Shown: positions 60,041 to 64,000 of the stretch, in pieces
Numbering within the stretch: the stretch's first letter is position 1
How the letters are laid out: each line of letters opens with the position of its first letter
Source: Candidatus Bathyarchaeota archaeon
Lineage (GTDB): Archaea > Thermoproteota > Bathyarchaeia > Bathyarchaeales > Bathycorpusculaceae
Length of the DNA: 64,000 nt
Direction: 5' to 3'
Assembly (NCBI GenBank): GCA_963767735.1
Contig: CAVYES010000005.1
Location: forward strand, 160,001-224,000
Position numbers and translations under genes: made by a program
The notes under the pieces: generated by a model
Seen by the model: only the letters and a program-made list of their open reading frames with translations
What the model was told of the DNA's origin: nothing
The model's database searches: none

Positions 60041-61273
60041 ATGGCAGATGTAATAGATATAGCTATTGAAGCTGGGGGTTTCAAAACATTTGTCGCAGCA
60101 GTACAAGCGGCAGGATTAGATGAAACATTAAAAGGTAAAGGACCGTTCACGATTTTTGTGCCAGATGATGCTGCATTTGCAATGCTTCCCGCGGGCACTG
60201 TCGATGAACTATTGAAAAATGTTCCAAAACTTAAGGCGATTCTGATGTACCATGTTCTTCCGGGAAAGTTTACGGTTGACGAAATAGCTCAAATGAAGAC
60301 CGCTAAAACTATTCAAGGTCAAGAAGTCAAGATTGACGCCGCCCATTGGTGGTCTCTTCACTTTAACCCAATAATCAATGATGAAGCACACATGATAAGT
60401 ACAGACATTATAACCGATAACGGCATAATACACGTTTTAAACAGAGTGCTTATGCCAAATATGGAACTTACCTGTCCAGTGTGCGGAATGGGCTTTATGA
60501 ACATGGAAGAAATGAACACTCATACCAAAACGGCTCACGTAATTGAGAAAACACCAGAGTCACCGCCGTCCAGTGGAGAGATGCCTATGGCTGAGAAAGC
60601 AGCCGAACCTATTCAAACCGCTGAGGTAATGCCGGTAGTTGAGAAAGCACCAGAACCGATGCTACCTGCCCAAGTACAGGAACCAATGCTACCTACCCCA
60701 GAACCGGAGCCAATGCTACCCACCGAAGTTACGCCAGTAGTTGAGAAAGTGCCAGAACCAATGCCTCCCACTGAACCTATGCCAATAGTTGAGAAAATGC
60801 CCGAGCCAACGACGACCGCAGAGGTAGTGCCAGAGCCAGTTTCTGCAACGGCTAAAGCGGTGGCAGGAGTTTTTGAGATCATACGAGACGCTGATAGAAA
60901 GTTCCGTTTCCACCTCAAAGCGACTAACGGACTGATAATTGCTGTAAGCCAATCTTATGGAACAAGAGAGGCAGCTGTAAAAGGCATTGCCTCAATTATG
61001 AAGAATGCTCCAATGGCTAAGGTTGTTGATCGCACATCGGCAGGAGGAGCTATGCCAGAGATAAAGCATGCTGGAATTGTACAAGACCCAGTGTTTGAGA
61101 TCATGTGCGATGTTGGCGGAAAGGTCCGTTTCCATCTGAAAGCTGCTAACGGACTGATAATTGCGGCAAGCCAATCATATGGAACAAGGGAATCAGCTGA
61201 AAAAGGCATCGCATCAATAAAGAAGAACGCTCCAATGGCTAAGGTTGTTGATCACACAATGGCAGCGACTTAA
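60041..61273 (+). CDS. Fusion protein: fasciclin (FAS1), C2H2 finger, Pro/Glu-rich linker, two YegP/DUF1508 domains
   Basis: GPFTIFVPDDAAF, NGIIHVLNRVL; CPVCGMGF...HTKTAH; EKxPEPM repeats; two copies of RFHLKAxNGLIIAxSQSY. Confidence 0.88.
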   Translation: MADVIDIAIEAGGFKTFVAAVQAAGLDETLKGKGPFTIFVPDDAAFAMLPAGTVDELLKNVPKLKAILMYHVLPGKFTVDEIAQMKTAKTIQGQEVKIDAAHWWSLHFNPIINDEAHMISTDIITDNGIIHVLNRVLMPNMELTCPVCGMGFMNMEEMNTHTKTAHVIEKTPESPPSSGEMPMAEKAAEPIQTAEVMPVVEKAPEPMLPAQVQEPMLPTPEPEPMLPTEVTPVVEKVPEPMPPTEPMPIVEKMPEPTTTAEVVPEPVSATAKAVAGVFEIIRDADRKFRFHLKATNGLIIAVSQSYGTREAAVKGIASIMKNAPMAKVVDRTSAGGAMPEIKHAGIVQDPVFEIMCDVGGKVRFHLKAANGLIIAASQSYGTRESAEKGIASIKKNAPMAKVVDHTMAAT

Positions 61274-61848
61274 GCCCAACCCCTTTCTTCTTTTTTTTAA
61301 GTTTGATCAACAAAGTTAGAGGTCTAATTAAAGAGAAGAGGATTTTTATGTAAAATCGAGGGCGGAGCGTAAGATCATGAAAACCCGTGGCACAGTCACG
61401 GCATCTGTAAGTCTGAATTTGCGCGGTTCGAATATACCTAATTCAGTTTTTTGGAGTTTCTTTGACTGCCGCAATCAGGGCAGCTATTTGTTCAATTTTG
61501 TTCGATTCCTTTTTCATTTCACGAAGAAAGAGGGAATTTGCGAGTGATACCTCAAGAACTTCAGGGGTTCAAATCCCACCCCCTGCACTTTTTGCTTATT
61601 TTTCTGCTTGTTTCTTGCTATTTTCTTGCATTTTCGCAAATAAAGGATAAGACATATTCACTTTAGCGGGGTTCAAACTCCAAGTCCATAATGCGGTTCG
61701 GACTCTAAAGGGTTTAAATCCCATAGAGCCTTGCACCGCTTTAGGCTCGAATTCATGCCTCTTCTAAATATCTAGCTTAACAATATCGCTTTTGCAAATA
61801 ACTTATATGATACTTTTGGTTTTATTTTAAGTTCGGGAGAAACGAACC

Positions 61849-62127
61849 ATGAAACGCTTCATAGTCAACTCGAAGGTACCTCAAATCCAGCTTAACAGGC
61901 TCACCTGCATTATAGGTACAACCAACATCTTCGAGAGAACAGGTATTAAAGATGTCTATTTGAAAACATGTTATTGTTGTTCTCCTGAGTCGAACGCTGA
62001 CGTGGAAAAAGCTATTATCGAGTTTGAAGCTCCATCCAAAGAGGCTCTGGAAGCGGCACTTCAGAAGATTGACTTCCCCGCTGAATCGATCGTTGAAGTC
62101 ACCAAACTCGAGGCTGGCAAGAACTAA
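61849..62127 (+). CDS. Hypothetical small protein (DUF4242-like)
   Basis: KAIIEFEAPSKEAL...FPAESIVEV. Confidence 0.55.
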   Translation: MKRFIVNSKVPQIQLNRLTCIIGTTNIFERTGIKDVYLKTCYCCSPESNADVEKAIIEFEAPSKEALEAALQKIDFPAESIVEVTKLEAGKN

Positions 62128-62623
62128 AATCGCTTCTGCTTTTTCACAGCCCATAACTTTTAGCGTACAAACGCCTCTTCTCCTTAGTAGTTCCCGATGA
62201 CTTCGGGAGTTAGTAGTGTTGGACTTGATATTAATCCTACCTACCAAAAGCTCGCCAAACTTTCCACATCAGACTACATGAAATCAAGGTTTCACTTCGC
62301 AAGATAAAAGATCAAGTATATAGCAAACACTGCGTCGCCAAATAAGTTTTTATATTTTAAATTTCTGATCATCTACAAGTAAGGTTATGGAAGGGCTTTT
62401 ACTCCCTCGTTTAAGCGAAATACAGCAACTTTTTGAGCAACATAGCAATTAGACAAATCAATCAAAATAAAGAACATTACAATAGCTACCCGATTTAGAA
62501 AGCCGTATGCAATTGGAACCACAAAGCCATTAGATTTATAAAACTCCTTCTATAAGTATGGCTCTTAATAAAAAAAATTTACGCTTTGCGAGTTTCCAAC
62601 GTCTCCCCAATTGAGTGACAAAA

Positions 62624-64000
62624 ATGCCCAGAGAAATAGTGCTTGGTAACGGTCGTTTAACAGTCGCTATTGACAAAAAAATGAATATTAGAGATTTCTC
62701 TTATCCGCAAGTAGGGTTAGAAAATCATGCCAAAGGGCACCCTTTTCGAATAGGCGTGTGGGTTGATGGAGCTTTCTCTTGGGTAGGAGATGAATGGGAA
62801 GTTTCATCAAACTATCTGTCAGATACTCAGGTGAGCAAATGCTCGGCAGTAAACCAAAAGCTAAAAATTGAACTGAAAATCAACGACGCTGTCTACAGTT
62901 TTCAGGACCTGTTTCTAAGAAAAGTTCGTGCCAATAATCTAACAGATGGTAACCGCGAGGTTAGAGTCTTTTTTTCACATGATTTTCACCTCTATGGCGA
63001 AGAATCCGGCGATACTGCTTTTTATGAACCATCGCACAAATCAATTATACATTACAAGCGTTGTCGATATTTCCTCGTCAACGGCATAACCAAGGCCAAC
63101 AATGGAATTTACGAGTTTTCTACTGGGCAGAAAGAAGCTTTCGGTAAAGAGGGCACTTGGAAGGACGCAGAAGATGGAAAATTAGAAATGAACCCTATCG
63201 CACAAGGGTCGGTTGATTCAGCAATATCTTTTAGACTTGAAATGAAACCAAAAGCCACAGAGACTCTTTACTATTGGATTGCTTGTGGAAAGAATATCAA
63301 GGAAGTAAAAGATCTAAATAGTTTCGTCAAAACTGAAAAAGTTGAACAACTATTGCTAAGAACTGAAGATTATTGGAGTGCGTGGACTAACAGGCGAAGC
63401 ATAGATATTTCAGTCTTACCAAGGGAGATATCGAGCTTAGTGAAAAGATCACTTCTAACTATGAGAAATCATGTCGGCGATAACGGAGCAATAATATCCT
63501 CTTGCGACTCCGATGTATTATACTTTAACAAAGATACTTACGCCTATGTTTGGCCAAGAGACGCGGCAATATGTGCTATGGCATTTGACATCTCAGGGTT
63601 TCAGGAAATCTCGCGATCGATCTTTAGCTTTTGTGATAGAATAATGTCTGATGATGGTTACTTCGCACACAAATACTGGTCTGATGGTTCTCCAGGAAGC
63701 AGCTGGCATGCCTTAATCGACGACGCGGGACAACAGCAATTACCCATCCAAATCGACGAGACCGCTCTTGTCTTGTATGCCCTTTGGAAACACTTCGAAA
63801 AATATCAGGATGTCGAATTTATCAGCAAAGTCTACCCAAAACTGGTTATAAAAACGGCAGATTTCTTAAAAAGTTATATTAGTCAAAAAACAGGACTCCC
63901 AAAACCCTCTTTTGACATCTGGGAAGAAAAGGGAGGAACTTTTACTGCTACTACTGCCTGCGTTTATGCGGCACTGTCTGCTGCAGCCAAGTTTGCAGAG
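62624..64000 (+). CDS. Glycoside hydrolase family 15 (glucoamylase-like), 3' truncated by window edge
   Basis: MPREIVLGNG...YPQVGLENH, YAYVWPRD, QIDETAL, PSFDIWEE. Confidence 0.92.
   Translation, partial: MPREIVLGNGRLTVAIDKKMNIRDFSYPQVGLENHAKGHPFRIGVWVDGAFSWVGDEWEVSSNYLSDTQVSKCSAVNQKLKIELKINDAVYSFQDLFLRKVRANNLTDGNREVRVFFSHDFHLYGEESGDTAFYEPSHKSIIHYKRCRYFLVNGITKANNGIYEFSTGQKEAFGKEGTWKDAEDGKLEMNPIAQGSVDSAISFRLEMKPKATETLYYWIACGKNIKEVKDLNSFVKTEKVEQLLLRTEDYWSAWTNRRSIDISVLPREISSLVKRSLLTMRNHVGDNGAIISSCDSDVLYFNKDTYAYVWPRDAAICAMAFDISGFQEISRSIFSFCDRIMSDDGYFAHKYWSDGSPGSSWHALIDDAGQQQLPIQIDETALVLYALWKHFEKYQDVEFISKVYPKLVIKTADFLKSYISQKTGLPKPSFDIWEEKGGTFTATTACVYAALSAAAKFAE

Larger units (their letters stand above)
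56251..61692 (+). mobile_element. Putative island or duplication scar anchored at tRNA-Leu
   Basis: tRNA 3' end plus about 110 bp of downstream DNA (56251-56378) is imperfectly repeated at 61565-61692; no integrase seen inside. Confidence 0.6.

Overview
Archaeal chromosomal window. The gene set (histone, Alba, Cren7-like protein, form III RuBisCO/AMP pathway, BHB-intron tRNA) suggests a TACK archaeon, most plausibly Bathyarchaeia; this is inference. Core content: ribK, acetate-CoA ligase alpha subunit, cofE-like gene, his cluster (hisG-D-C-B-H-A-F-I), PAC2 chaperone, tRNA-iMet, rubredoxin-fused TPP enzyme, trxB, a ferredoxin/MvhD-NfnAB operon, the AMP phosphorylase/RuBisCO/R15P isomerase cluster, a GT-C/PMT/GT2 glycosylation operon and an S53 protease. 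Accessory content: a ParB + ParB-HTH + AlwI-like nuclease / PAPS-reductase-like locus at the left edge, several intact and decayed toxin-antitoxin modules, a BlaI/BlaR-like regulon with visible operators and a duplicated promoter, and two adjacent tRNA-anchored islands. The most striking feature is a 6.2-kb element integrated in tRNA-Thr(GGT) (49750-55983). It carries an att-split, now inactivated tyrosine integrase and seven directly oriented ~130-bp repeats, each with a dif-like 11-6-11 core (TTTTAYCTTAT-CATCAG-AACATATAAAA). The repeats separate small gene modules, which suggests an integron-like or dif-module-like cassette array. All family calls come from reading motifs by eye; no database searches were run.
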